64,000 nt of DNA. Source: an uncultured bacterium. GTDB lineage: Bacteria; Zixibacteria; MSB-5A5; GN15; FEB-12. This document shows positions 43,362 through 54,141 of this stretch, one piece after another. The position numbers and the translations under genes were made by a program. The first letter of the stretch is position 1; the number at the start of each line of letters is the position of its first letter. Below the pieces are notes generated by a model. It made no database searches. It was not told the origin of the DNA and saw nothing but the letters and a program-made list of their open reading frames with translations. The stretch is from NCBI GenBank assembly GCA_963821635.1, contig CAWGEP010000004.1, forward strand, positions 318,654 through 382,653. The letters run 5' to 3'.

Positions 43362-43772
43362 TTAGTGCGTGTCGTTGTAAATCTTGATCCGATTGGCGGC
43401 CCGCTCCATGGCCGCACGAACGGAGGGCAGATCGATACTGGTCTCTCCATGCCCCGCCGAGACTATCCGTTGCTTGCACAGTTCGAACGCACGCTGGGCT
43501 CGCTGAATATCAATTTCCGAAGCTGCTTCGACGGCGTCAGCCAGAAGGGTGGCAACGTTGTGTGATACCTCCAGGAAACCGTCGGAGACCGCCAGGACAT
43601 GCATTTCGTCCTGGGCATCCCGGAATTCGATCTTCCCCGGCTTCAGCGCCGTGATCAGGGGGGCATGATGCGAGAGAATCCCCAGATATCCCTCCGTGCC
43701 GGGTGCGGTAAGTGACTTCACCTCCGCGTCGTAAAACACCTTCTCCGGTGTGACTATCGATAGTCGAAACAT
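43362..43772 (-). CDS. atpC: ATP synthase epsilon subunit
   Basis: IVTPE, GILSHHAP; operon position. Confidence 0.96.
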   Translation of the reverse strand: MFRLSIVTPEKVFYDAEVKSLTAPGTEGYLGILSHHAPLITALKPGKIEFRDAQDEMHVLAVSDGFLEVSHNVATLLADAVEAASEIDIQRAQRAFELCKQRIVSAGHGETSIDLPSVRAAMERAANRIKIYNDTH

Positions 43773-43775
43773 GGG

Positions 43776-45182
<1,407 letters not shown>

Positions 45183-45227
45183 TCACTAACTCCACTCTAT
45201 CGAATTTCATCTCTCATCTGGATTCCG

Positions 45228-46091
45228 TCACCCTTTCAAGGCATCCGCGCCGGCGACCACTTCGAGCAATTCCTTGGTGATCTGCGCCTGGCGCGCCTTG
45301 TTGTAATCAAGGGTGAGGGTATTGATCATATCGCCGGCATTGGTGGTTGCGGCCCCCATGGCAATCATCCGGCTCCCATGCTCGCTGGCAAACGATTCCA
45401 CGAGAGCCGTGACCATTTTGGTCGTGGCATATCCGGGCATCAGCGCCGCATAAATTTGCTCCGGGTTTGGCTCGAAAATATATTCGGTGTTCCCCTTCTC
45501 CCCTTTGACCGCCGGGGGCTCCACCGGCAGATATCTCTCGGTCACGAGCTGATATTTGACGGTCGAAAGGAAACGGGTGTAAATCATTTCGATCTGGTCG
45601 GTCTGACCGGAAACGAACCGGTCGGTCAACAAGTGGGTAATTTCCCGGGTCCGGTCATAATTGGGAACGCCTCCCCAATCGCCAAAGTAGCCGATGATCG
45701 GCCACTTCCGGCGTTTGTAGTAGTCGTGGGCGCGTTTGCCGATGACCAGCAATTCGACGGGTACCTCGGTATGCTTACTTAACCACTGGTCGGCTCTTCG
45801 GATCACGTTGGAATTGAAGGAGCCGCACAGCCCGCGATCCGAAGCAATCACCACCAGCGTCAGCTTCTTGACCGGGCGGGTCTCGAAATACGGGTGGGTA
45901 ATCTCGCCCGCCGCGGCCGCCGCCAGATGACTCAGCATCTGATCCATCTTCTGGGCATATGGCTTGGCCTGTTCGACCCTCTGCTGGGCACGGCGAAGTT
46001 TCGCCGCCGCCACCATCTCCATGGCCTTGGTGATGCGCCGGGTCGAGATGACCGACTTGATCCGCTTTTTGACCGCCCGCAATGTCGCCAC
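45228..46091 (-). CDS. atpG: ATP synthase gamma subunit
   Basis: ITKAMEMVAAAK, DRGLCG, RQAQITKEL. Confidence 0.98.
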   Translation of the reverse strand: MATLRAVKKRIKSVISTRRITKAMEMVAAAKLRRAQQRVEQAKPYAQKMDQMLSHLAAAAAGEITHPYFETRPVKKLTLVVIASDRGLCGSFNSNVIRRADQWLSKHTEVPVELLVIGKRAHDYYKRRKWPIIGYFGDWGGVPNYDRTREITHLLTDRFVSGQTDQIEMIYTRFLSTVKYQLVTERYLPVEPPAVKGEKGNTEYIFEPNPEQIYAALMPGYATTKMVTALVESFASEHGSRMIAMGAATTNAGDMINTLTLDYNKARQAQITKELLEVVAGADALKG

Positions 46092-46100
46092 TTGAGAATC

Positions 46101-47609
46101 CTATGCCTTAAACTGGGCCTTGAATTTGGTGACCGCGTCTTTCAATTTCGCTTCAGTCGTATCGGAGATGATCTTCTCCTTGGCCAGGGTCGGCTCGATC
46201 TCAGGATAGTTCTTTTCGCAGAAGGCAAAGAACTCCTTCTCGAATTTTCCGATCGCCGAGGTCGGGATATCATCCAGCATCCCGCGCGTTCCGACCCAGA
46301 TGATCATGACCTGTTTCGAAGCGGGCATTGGGACATACTGAAGCTGTTTGAGCAGCTCAACCATTCGCTCGCCGCGGCTCAGTTGCTTGCGCGTAGCCTC
46401 GTCAAGATCGGAGCCGAACTGAGTGAAGGCCACGAGTTCACGGTACTGCGCCAGATCAAGCTTGAGCGATCCGGCCACTTGCTTCATCATTTTGGTCTGG
46501 GCATTGCCGCCGACTCGGGAGACCGAGATACCGACGTTAATTGCCGGGCGGATGCCGGAATAAAACAATTCCGCTTCCAGGAATATCTGCCCATCCGTGA
46601 TCGAAATCACGTTGGTCGGAATGTAAGCCGAGACGTCGCCGGCCTGCGTCTCGATAATCGGCAGCGCCGTCAGCGACCCGCCGCTGAGTTCGTCGGAAAG
46701 TTTAGCGGCCCGTTCCAGCAAACGGGAGTGGCAGTAGAAAATGTCGCCGGGATATGCTTCACGACCCGGCGGGCGGCGAAGCAAAAGAGAGAGCTGACGG
46801 TAGGCGGCTGCCTGCTTGGAGAGATCATCATAGACACACAGCACATGCCGGCCGTTATACATAAACTCTTCCCCCATCGCGCAACCGGCGTACGGGGCAA
46901 TGTATTGCAGAGGGGCCGGATCGGTCGCAGTCGCGCTGACGACAATAGTGTAATCCATGGCGCCATGTTCGCGCAGCGTCTGCACCACCTGGGCCACAGT
47001 CGATTGCTTTTGACCGACAGCCACATAAATGCAGATGACATTCTGGCCCTTTTGATTGATGATGGTGTCGAGCGCCACCGCCGTCTTACCGGTCTGGCGA
47101 TCGCCGATAATCAATTCGCGCTGGCCGCGTCCGATTGGAATCATTGAGTCGATGGCTTTTAACCCGGTCTGAAGCGGTTCCTTCACCGGCTGGCGTTGCA
47201 CCACATTGGGCGCCTGGCCCTCGATCACCCTGAACTTGTCGGTCACGATGGGTCCTTTGCCGTCGATCGGCTGGCCGAGCGGATTGACGACACGCCCAAT
47301 CAGCGCGTCTCCGACCGGTACGGAAGCCACTCGTCCGGTGCGGCGCACCTGGTCCCCTTCTTTGATCTGGGTATCCGATCCGAAAATCGCCGCGCCGACA
47401 TTGTCGGCTTCGAGGTTCAACACCAGTCCGAGCACATCGCCGGGAAACAGAATCAGTTCCGACATCTGGACATCTTCGAGCCCCCAGATGCGGGCGATGC
47501 CATCGCCGACCTGGAGCACGGTTCCGACCGACTCCATTTCGAGCTTGGTTTCGTACCGCTCGATTTCTTTTTTAATGACCGATGAGACTTCTTCTGGATT
47601 GAGACCCAT
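46101..47609 (-). CDS. atpA: ATP synthase alpha subunit
   Basis: [18 protein letters not shown]. Confidence 0.99.
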   Translation of the reverse strand: MGLNPEEVSSVIKKEIERYETKLEMESVGTVLQVGDGIARIWGLEDVQMSELILFPGDVLGLVLNLEADNVGAAIFGSDTQIKEGDQVRRTGRVASVPVGDALIGRVVNPLGQPIDGKGPIVTDKFRVIEGQAPNVVQRQPVKEPLQTGLKAIDSMIPIGRGQRELIIGDRQTGKTAVALDTIINQKGQNVICIYVAVGQKQSTVAQVVQTLREHGAMDYTIVVSATATDPAPLQYIAPYAGCAMGEEFMYNGRHVLCVYDDLSKQAAAYRQLSLLLRRPPGREAYPGDIFYCHSRLLERAAKLSDELSGGSLTALPIIETQAGDVSAYIPTNVISITDGQIFLEAELFYSGIRPAINVGISVSRVGGNAQTKMMKQVAGSLKLDLAQYRELVAFTQFGSDLDEATRKQLSRGERMVELLKQLQYVPMPASKQVMIIWVGTRGMLDDIPTSAIGKFEKEFFAFCEKNYPEIEPTLAKEKIISDTTEAKLKDAVTKFKAQFKA

Positions 47610-47725
47610 CATCAAACTCCTATCAGCAAATCACACATTTCAAACTCATTTTCCGTTGTCGAAACTGCAGGAGTTTCGACCTACTCACATTTTTGCCGCG
47701 TTCGCGTTGGCGATAAGCTCCTCGC

Positions 47726-47771
47726 CGTCATTGCGAGGAGTCCCGCCGGAGGCGGGGCGACGTGGCAATCT
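47726..47771 (+). repeat. CGTC-tagged palindromic element in the atpH-atpA spacer
   Basis: CGTCATTGCGAG-GAGTCCCGCCGGAGGCGGGG-CGACGTGGCAATCT. Confidence 0.65.
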
Positions 47772-47814
47772 GTCACGGGCGATTGTAAGCCACTCTCCGC
47801 GCTTATCGAGTGAC

Positions 47815-48363
47815 TCAAGCCACCTTCAACTTTCCCAGCTTTTCCTCAATTTGATTCAGACCATGCCGCACTGACCCATCGATAATCTGGTCATGCAGGA
47901 TGGTAATCATGCCGCCGAGTATCTCCGGCTTCACTTGCACTTCGAGCTCAATCTTCAGGCCGGTCTTTCGGGCGAGCTTCTCGCTCAGAGCCTGCAGCTC
48001 CGAAGCGGTGAGCTTGACCGCCGTTATCACGGTGACTTTGCCGATCCCCTTTTCCGCCTTGACCAGGCGGTCCAATTCATCGACTATGACCGGCAGATAG
48101 TTGATTCTCCGCTTGTGGATCAAGACCAGCAGGAATTCCATAAAGGGACGCTCGAGCCGCGATTCGAACACCGTTCGCACTAGCGACAGCTTCTTGTCGT
48201 CCGGCACTTGCGGCGCAGCGAGGAAGTTCAACAGGGTCTTGTCGATGACCAGAAGCTGCTTGAGCGCCTCAAACTGCTGATCCGCCTGGTCCACCAGTTT
48301 CTTCTGGCGAACGGACATAAAGAGCGCGTTGGCGTATTTCTGAGCAACTTCCTGCGCCAGCAT
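47815..48363 (-). CDS. atpH: ATP synthase delta subunit
   Basis: VAQKYANALF, ILGG...IIDGSV. Confidence 0.96.
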   Translation of the reverse strand: MLAQEVAQKYANALFMSVRQKKLVDQADQQFEALKQLLVIDKTLLNFLAAPQVPDDKKLSLVRTVFESRLERPFMEFLLVLIHKRRINYLPVIVDELDRLVKAEKGIGKVTVITAVKLTASELQALSEKLARKTGLKIELEVQVKPEILGGMITILHDQIIDGSVRHGLNQIEEKLGKLKVA

Positions 48364-48368
48364 ATCGG

Positions 48369-48854
48369 CTAAGCCTTCTCAACTTCCGCGATGTAGCGAT
48401 TGATCAGATCGCGATGTTTGGCGTCGCCAAGCTCTTCTTTGATCAGCTTCTCGGCGGCGGTCATGGTGATGGCCACCATTTGGTCGCGGAGTTCCACCTT
48501 AGCCTTGGCGACCTCACGCTCCAGTTCAGCTTTGGCCTTGACGTGAAGTTCTTTCACTTCATCCTGAGCGTGCGCCTTGATGTCGGCCGCGACTTTTTTG
48601 CCTTCTTCCACCGCCTCGACCAACTTGGCCCGGCGCTCGGCGTCAATCTCGCGAAGTTTCGCCTCATACAGCGCCTGTTGCTCGGCGACTTTCACCTTCT
48701 CGTCTTCGATCTTCTGAAATTCGTCGACAATCCGGTTCCGCCGGTCTTCCAGCAGCTGCAAAAGCGGCTTCCACGCGTACCGCTTCAGGATCCACAGCGT
48801 AATGAGGAACCCGACCGCGTGGGTAAGCATTAATTGCCATTCAAAGCCCATCAT
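48369..48854 (-). CDS. atpF: ATP synthase b subunit
   Basis: N-terminal TM, AWKPL..LLEDR, coiled coil. Confidence 0.95.
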   Translation of the reverse strand: MMGFEWQLMLTHAVGFLITLWILKRYAWKPLLQLLEDRRNRIVDEFQKIEDEKVKVAEQQALYEAKLREIDAERRAKLVEAVEEGKKVAADIKAHAQDEVKELHVKAKAELEREVAKAKVELRDQMVAITMTAAEKLIKEELGDAKHRDLINRYIAEVEKA

Positions 48855-48924
48855 CTCTCCTACTCGCGAACGAATCTCCGGGCGGCCCGGTGATCAATTC
48901 CTGATCTCCGAACCCGGAAACTCA

Positions 48925-49161
48925 TTATGAAGCGATTTTGCCCTGAAGCAGGATGAATACGACGAAAGCGTAAATCGTCAGAGCTTCGATAAGTCCGGCA
49001 CCGATAATCATAGCCGTCTGAATCTTGCCGGCTGCTTCCGGCTGACGACCGATTGCTTCCATGGCCGAGCCTACCGCACGGCCAAGTCCAAGGCCGGATC
49101 CGACTGCCGCCAGACCAACTCCCATCGGGAGTGCCCATGCCAACATCGAGTGATAATCCAT
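48925..49161 (-). CDS. atpE: ATP synthase c subunit
   Basis: GLGLG, RQPE, IEALTIY. Confidence 0.97.
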   Translation of the reverse strand: MDYHSMLAWALPMGVGLAAVGSGLGLGRAVGSAMEAIGRQPEAAGKIQTAMIIGAGLIEALTIYAFVVFILLQGKIAS

Positions 49162-49183
49162 TTGTTACCTCCAAATTCCTCTA

Positions 49184-50167
49184 TCAATGATTGTTCTGTC
49201 TTTTCGAGTCCTTGGGCAGACCCAGATGGGAGTCTCCCTTTTTCTTACCCTCTTGGTACAAGTCGAGGGCGACGCCCGTGGTACTAATTCCGGTAATATC
49301 CATAAGACCTAAAGTGTTTGAGACTACTTGCATGTGTTCAACCTTGTCCGTGTCATGCTCCTCATGGGGCAACATGAGGAAGATGTAGATGGTCGACAGG
49401 AGCGAGAACACCAGCGCCTGAATGGTGGAGAGCAAGAGCCCCAGGAGAATGAACGGGATTTGTAATGGCAGGCCAATCGGGGAGTGAAAGAATGAGAGGG
49501 CCATGACGCCAAGACTTACGAATGCGCCGATCAACAAATCCTCTCCCGTAATATTGCCAAAAAGTCGGGCGGCAAGGCTCACCGGCTTCGCCAATTCTCC
49601 AAAGATGTGAATAATGAGAAAAAGCGGTGACAGGAGCCAACTGGCCAGATCCTGAGGCGCGCCGAGATAATGATGCACGTACTTCTTGATACCGAGTTTC
49701 GTTAATCCGGTGTATTGAGCATATATGAATACGATCAGGGCCAACGAGGCCGTGATGTTCCGGTCGGTGGACGGCGCAAAGCCGCCCGGAATCAGCCCCA
49801 TGAGATTCATGAAGAGAATGTAGAAGAACAGGGTGCCAAGCAGCGGCAGGTATTTCTTCGTATTCTCTCCCATAATGTTGTAGAGAAAATCGTACGCCCC
49901 TTCGACAGCCATTTCCACAACATTTTGAAGCGGGCCGGGAATATTCCGCCGTCTCGCATAGACGATCAGGACGATGACACACAAAATAATCGAGACCAAA
50001 ATGGCATAGATGATACTGACCCAGGCATTCAGCGGACCTTCGTTGTGCGTCAGCATCCCAACGACATTCGGAAGTTCCCCGCCTCCCTCCTCGCCTCCGG
50101 CAGCAGCCATCAGCAAACGGCCGACTGGCGGCATTGCTACAGCTAACATGTACAGGAATCCGACCAT
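49184..50167 (-). CDS. atpB: ATP synthase a subunit (with C-terminal extension)
   Basis: SLAARLFGN, IQALVFSLL. Confidence 0.96.
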   Translation of the reverse strand: MVGFLYMLAVAMPPVGRLLMAAAGGEEGGGELPNVVGMLTHNEGPLNAWVSIIYAILVSIILCVIVLIVYARRRNIPGPLQNVVEMAVEGAYDFLYNIMGENTKKYLPLLGTLFFYILFMNLMGLIPGGFAPSTDRNITASLALIVFIYAQYTGLTKLGIKKYVHHYLGAPQDLASWLLSPLFLIIHIFGELAKPVSLAARLFGNITGEDLLIGAFVSLGVMALSFFHSPIGLPLQIPFILLGLLLSTIQALVFSLLSTIYIFLMLPHEEHDTDKVEHMQVVSNTLGLMDITGISTTGVALDLYQEGKKKGDSHLGLPKDSKRQNNH

Positions 50168-50574
50168 CAGACGGCTGCTCCGGAAATCGGATTTGAGTGC
50201 TGATGATTTGCGTCCAGCCCGAGAAGCAGTCTTCCCAGTATCTTGAGCACGATTACGACGAACGTTCCCCCGAATCCAATCAACAAGAGATATGGATTGA
50301 ACTGAGGCACTTTGAGCATGGCATATCCCGCGGCATAGAGAATCGGAAACTTAAGCAGGGACCAACCGATCGTTTTGAAAAGATCTGCTCCTTCGGGTCG
50401 AAAGGCCGATTGTACTAGAGCAGTTATAAACATCAAATTGAGCATTCCCCAGATTCCGCCTGAGAGAACCGCCATGGCGGGATAGAGGCCCAGATAATAG
50501 AGGCCGAACGGGAAGAAGATGAGCAGGAGCAATGCGAATGTGCGGATGGTTCTGCCAATGAATTCCAAGCCCAT
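50167..50574 (-). CDS. atpI: ATP synthase protein I
   Basis: Four-TM protein directly upstream of atpB. Confidence 0.8.
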   Translation of the reverse strand: MGLEFIGRTIRTFALLLLIFFPFGLYYLGLYPAMAVLSGGIWGMLNLMFITALVQSAFRPEGADLFKTIGWSLLKFPILYAAGYAMLKVPQFNPYLLLIGFGGTFVVIVLKILGRLLLGLDANHQHSNPISGAAV

Positions 50575-50575
50575 A

Positions 50576-50845
50576 CTATCGGTCGTCTTTGTCGTTTTCC
50601 AGTTCTTCTGATCTCTTCACCAACCGGTATATCTCTCGCCCTGCGGCCACAAACCCCAGGATCAGGCCCGTAAACATCAAGTAGGGAGAGGTTCCTAATT
50701 TCCCATCCGCCCATCTACCGACAAACAGCCCAATCAACGGCGCCGCGATCAGGATCCCCGGGACCGCCCCCAAAAGGGCCATCTGGGCATATGATCGGTC
50801 CTGTTTCGCACCCTTCTTTTTCGGGTCGCTTGTGAAAGAAGGCAT
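50576..50845 (-). CDS. AtpZ/AtpI-family small membrane protein
   Basis: G.WAD.KLGTSP...G.ILG..A pattern; first gene of the atp operon. Confidence 0.85.
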   Translation of the reverse strand: MPSFTSDPKKKGAKQDRSYAQMALLGAVPGILIAAPLIGLFVGRWADGKLGTSPYLMFTGLILGFVAAGREIYRLVKRSEELENDKDDR

Positions 50846-51064
50846 TATGTCCCGTTTGGCGACATTTTTGTCAGGCCAATATACTGGCGCATAATCGAAT
50901 GTCAACCCGATTTTCCGCAATTGCCGCTCCGTTAACCATTTCTGACGCAGTCAGATAGTGGACTGCTACTTTTGTGTTCAGTCCGGCCAACTGGTTACCG
51001 ATACATTCCATGCTCGCCTAATCGGACTAAAATCCGTATAATCAGCATTGCTCGGGACGGAATT

Positions 51065-51727
51065 ATGAGAAATGTATTTGTCTGTCTGGCCCTGCTGTGC
51101 GGCCTCGGAATGGCGGCGTACGCCACCTCGAAAACCAGATCCAATCGGCCCCCCAGGCCGAAGAGCACCGATGATCAGGTTGATGCCGACACGCGTCTGT
51201 GCCGGGATGCCTCCAAAGCTCTGGTGGCCGGATTCGCCCATGAACTTAAGACCGATCTAATTGCCGCCATGAAAAAGGGCGGGACCGCCAACGCAGTCAC
51301 CGTGTGCGGCGATCGCGCTCCTCAAATTGCCTCTGATCACTCCGAGGGGGGCTGGACTATCCGGAGGGTAAGTGATCGGAACCGCAATCCCAATAATGCC
51401 CCGGACAGCCTGGAGTTGGCGATGCTCTCGGCCTTCAGCAGCGCTAAAGGAAAGAACCGCGCGCTCTACAAAGATGTATGGACGCAGAAAGACAGCGTCA
51501 AGACCTACCACTTCTTCGAGCCGATCGTCACCCAGGACTTCTGTCTCCGCTGTCACGGCAGCAAGGAATCGTTGGATGCCGCAGTCGCCACGGCGATTTC
51601 CGCCCGGTATCCCGATGATCAGGCCACCGGCTACAGCGAGGGAGACGTTCGCGGCATGTTTGTCGTGGAGAGCAAATGGCCCGAGGGGCGGGCGCAGGCG
51701 CTTGAGCTGACCGGTCGAAGCCGGTAA
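51065..51727 (+). CDS. DUF3365/Tll0287-like secreted heme c protein
   Basis: AV.VC, RRVSDRNRNPNNAPD, CLRCHG, YPDDQATGY..GDVRG. Confidence 0.88.
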   Translation: MRNVFVCLALLCGLGMAAYATSKTRSNRPPRPKSTDDQVDADTRLCRDASKALVAGFAHELKTDLIAAMKKGGTANAVTVCGDRAPQIASDHSEGGWTIRRVSDRNRNPNNAPDSLELAMLSAFSSAKGKNRALYKDVWTQKDSVKTYHFFEPIVTQDFCLRCHGSKESLDAAVATAISARYPDDQATGYSEGDVRGMFVVESKWPEGRAQALELTGRSR

Positions 51728-51731
51728 CCCA

Positions 51732-51986
51732 TTACCTGTACTTGAGCTTGAGCAGCAATATCAGTGACGCAATCACGAGCGTCACGGCGTTGGCCAAAAT
51801 CACCGGCAGCGATCCAATCAACAGCCCGTAAATCAGCCACAGCAGAATTCCGCTGCAGATCACGACATACATCGCCAGGGAAATGTCTTTGGTCGAGCGG
51901 GATTTCCAGACTTTGAAGAACTGCGGGAAGAAGGCGGCCGTAGTCAATGTTCCCGCCGCCAGTCCAAGCCAGGTAATTGCATCCAT
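51732..51986 (-). CDS. SemiSWEET/PQ-loop transporter
   Basis: LTTAAFFPQ, STKDISL, WLIYG, AN. Confidence 0.93.
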   Translation of the reverse strand: MDAITWLGLAAGTLTTAAFFPQFFKVWKSRSTKDISLAMYVVICSGILLWLIYGLLIGSLPVILANAVTLVIASLILLLKLKYR

Positions 51987-51989
51987 CGG

Positions 51990-53003
51990 CTAGAACCTGT
52001 ATCCGGCGCTGACGCGATAGGTGTCGTCGAGATCAGAATTGTGCAGATAGGCGAAATCCAGAGTGATCTTCTTGATATTCACACCCCCGCCGGTGGTGAA
52101 GTTCCCGATGTCAAACCCAATCCGCCCAAAGACCATATCACGATACCCCAGCTCCCACCCATAATGGGTGTCCATCGACAAAGCTCCGACCCAGTATTGG
52201 GCGGCTGTCTTGAGCCCTTCGAATTTTATCTCGCTGCTGGCCGAAAACCGTCCGGTGAAATCCTTGTAGCTGTGGAAGACCGAGAAGCCAGGCTTCACGG
52301 TCGGATAGATCGATTCGCTGTGGCTTCCCTCATTGAAGGTCTTGCCGGAGTATCTGATGAATCCGGTCGTGATGTCGTTCACCATCAGCCCGATATCCAG
52401 AAACGAGTACGGGTGACAGAGCGCCCCGGCATCCATGGTCAAGCCCATACCTGATTCAGTTCCCAAGTCGCGATATATCACTTTGGCCGTCAGGCCGAAG
52501 TCGATCTTGTTCTTGATTCTCCCGGCTACCGAGCCGGCTACCAGGACATCGGCGTGCGAGACTTCGCTGACCACATACGGCCGGTCGAACTGATTCAACT
52601 GCGTGATCTGAATTCCTCCGCCTCCAAGGTAGTAGACGTAGAATCCAAAGGCCCGGATAACACTGTTTTCTTTCGGCCGGGCATCGACATAGGAGACAAA
52701 GTCGTGATTCAAGAGCGATCCGAACGTCTCCGCGTGCATCGCGGTAACATACCGTCCGGCAAGCTGATCCATCCCGGCCGGATTCCAATAGGCGGTGGTG
52801 CCGTCGAATGGTCCGGCGAGGACTGCCCCGCCGAGCGCCAGACCGCGGGCTCCGGCTCCTAGCGAGAACGGGTCACCGGCATATTTGGCCGCCGAGGCTG
52901 TCGAGCTCATCAGAAGCAGAAACAAAAACGCCGCGGCCGATCTGTGATAGCCGATTCGGCGGCAGGCGGTTGGGAAGGTCGATCTGTTCAATAAGCGCAG
53001 CAC
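51990..53003 (-). CDS. PorV/PorQ-family outer-membrane beta-barrel protein (start uncertain)
   Basis: GAGARGLALGG...AYWNPAG; DFAY; C-terminal YRF. Confidence 0.8.
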   Translation of the reverse strand: MLRLLNRSTFPTACRRIGYHRSAAAFLFLLLMSSTASAAKYAGDPFSLGAGARGLALGGAVLAGPFDGTTAYWNPAGMDQLAGRYVTAMHAETFGSLLNHDFVSYVDARPKENSVIRAFGFYVYYLGGGGIQITQLNQFDRPYVVSEVSHADVLVAGSVAGRIKNKIDFGLTAKVIYRDLGTESGMGLTMDAGALCHPYSFLDIGLMVNDITTGFIRYSGKTFNEGSHSESIYPTVKPGFSVFHSYKDFTGRFSASSEIKFEGLKTAAQYWVGALSMDTHYGWELGYRDMVFGRIGFDIGNFTTGGGVNIKKITLDFAYLHNSDLDDTYRVSAGYRF

Positions 53004-53124
53004 GTCGAGAGCTAATGTAGCGTCCTTTTCACCCCTCGTCTATTGGAATCTTGCTCCGCCAAGTCACTCAAACGAGAAGCGGGACATTGCTGTCCCGCTT
53101 CCTGACTTAAAATGCGGAAAGAAT

Positions 53125-53745
53125 CTATTTGGAGTCGGCCGCTTTGTCGGTCGTGGTCTCCGAGGTCTGCTTCGCGTCTTTCGCCGCAGCACACTTGGCC
53201 GCGCATTCGGCTTTGGTCATCGAGGCGCAGGCCGCTTTGTCCATGCCGGCGCAGGATTTCATTTTGGAATCGGTGGTCGAAGTGGCCACAGCCGGAATCA
53301 CCTGGGCTTCGAAACCCTTGTTGGAAACGGCCGAAGTCAGGCTGGCTTCTTTGCACTTGCTCGGATCCATGCAGACCAGCGCGGTGCCGGTCTTATAATC
53401 CACGCTTACAACCTTCATCACACCGGGGACTTTTTCGAGGGAAGCGCGAACTTCGCTCTCGCAATGGCTGCAGGTCATTCCCTTAACGGACATGCTGACC
53501 ATGGAGCCTTTGGCAAACGGGCATTCTTTGCCGTCGGCCGCAGCAGCGGTGGTCATCGAATGAGCGGCGCAGCAGGCTTTGCCGTCAGTCGCGGTAGTAG
53601 AACTGGCCAGCTTGCCATCGGTATTGGCAGTGGTGGTCGAGGCACTGGTGGTGGTCTCTTTGTCACCGCCGCAGGCGAACGTCGGGGCAGCGATCAGGGC
53701 GAGGAGCGCCAGACACGCCAGGCTCAACATCATGAATTTTTTCAT
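53125..53745 (-). CDS. Secreted heavy-metal-associated (HMA) domain protein with Cys-rich flanks
   Basis: Signal peptide; VKGMTCSHC; extra Cys in the N- and C-terminal tails. Confidence 0.85.
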   Translation of the reverse strand: MKKFMMLSLACLALLALIAAPTFACGGDKETTTSASTTTANTDGKLASSTTATDGKACCAAHSMTTAAAADGKECPFAKGSMVSMSVKGMTCSHCESEVRASLEKVPGVMKVVSVDYKTGTALVCMDPSKCKEASLTSAVSNKGFEAQVIPAVATSTTDSKMKSCAGMDKAACASMTKAECAAKCAAAKDAKQTSETTTDKAADSK

Positions 53746-54067
53746 CCTAAGACTCCTTCCGAGGTGTGGATTGTAATTGGTAATATGCCTAAATATAGTC
53801 TTCTTTTGGTTCTTTGCAACTTCTTTGTGACGCCCCGCAGCGGGTCGCCGGACCCGGATTTCTTGGTACTATCGGGTTAAACACGCCACCCGAGACCCGG
53901 TTCCAGGGGGAGCGGGTTAATTTAGTGTATGGACATGATTTATCCATGTTCGTGTACCTCTATGTATCGGCATCACGAAAGGGGAAATAGAGGGTTTTGT
54001 TGATACAAAACTACCGGAGGCTAGGTTTGGGGGCCGCGACCGGTCATCTGCGTATCCAGCCGTTTCT

Positions 54068-54135
54068 TGTGCGCGGCACACGTCCCCGTGTGCCCGGCCC
54101 TCACATGGGGCAGACGAGGACGTCTGCCGCCCACA
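54068..54135. repeat. GTG-tagged REP pair
   Basis: TGTGCGCGGCACACGTCCCCGTGTGCCC and inverted GGGCAGACGAGGACGTCTGCCGCCCACA. Confidence 0.8.
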
Positions 54136-54141
54136 CATAGC

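Noticed and set aside
48925-49161. Na+-translocating ATP synthase
   Set aside because: The c subunit lacks the Gln and E-S/T Na+ ligands (it has GLGLG and EALTIY), consistent with H+ coupling.
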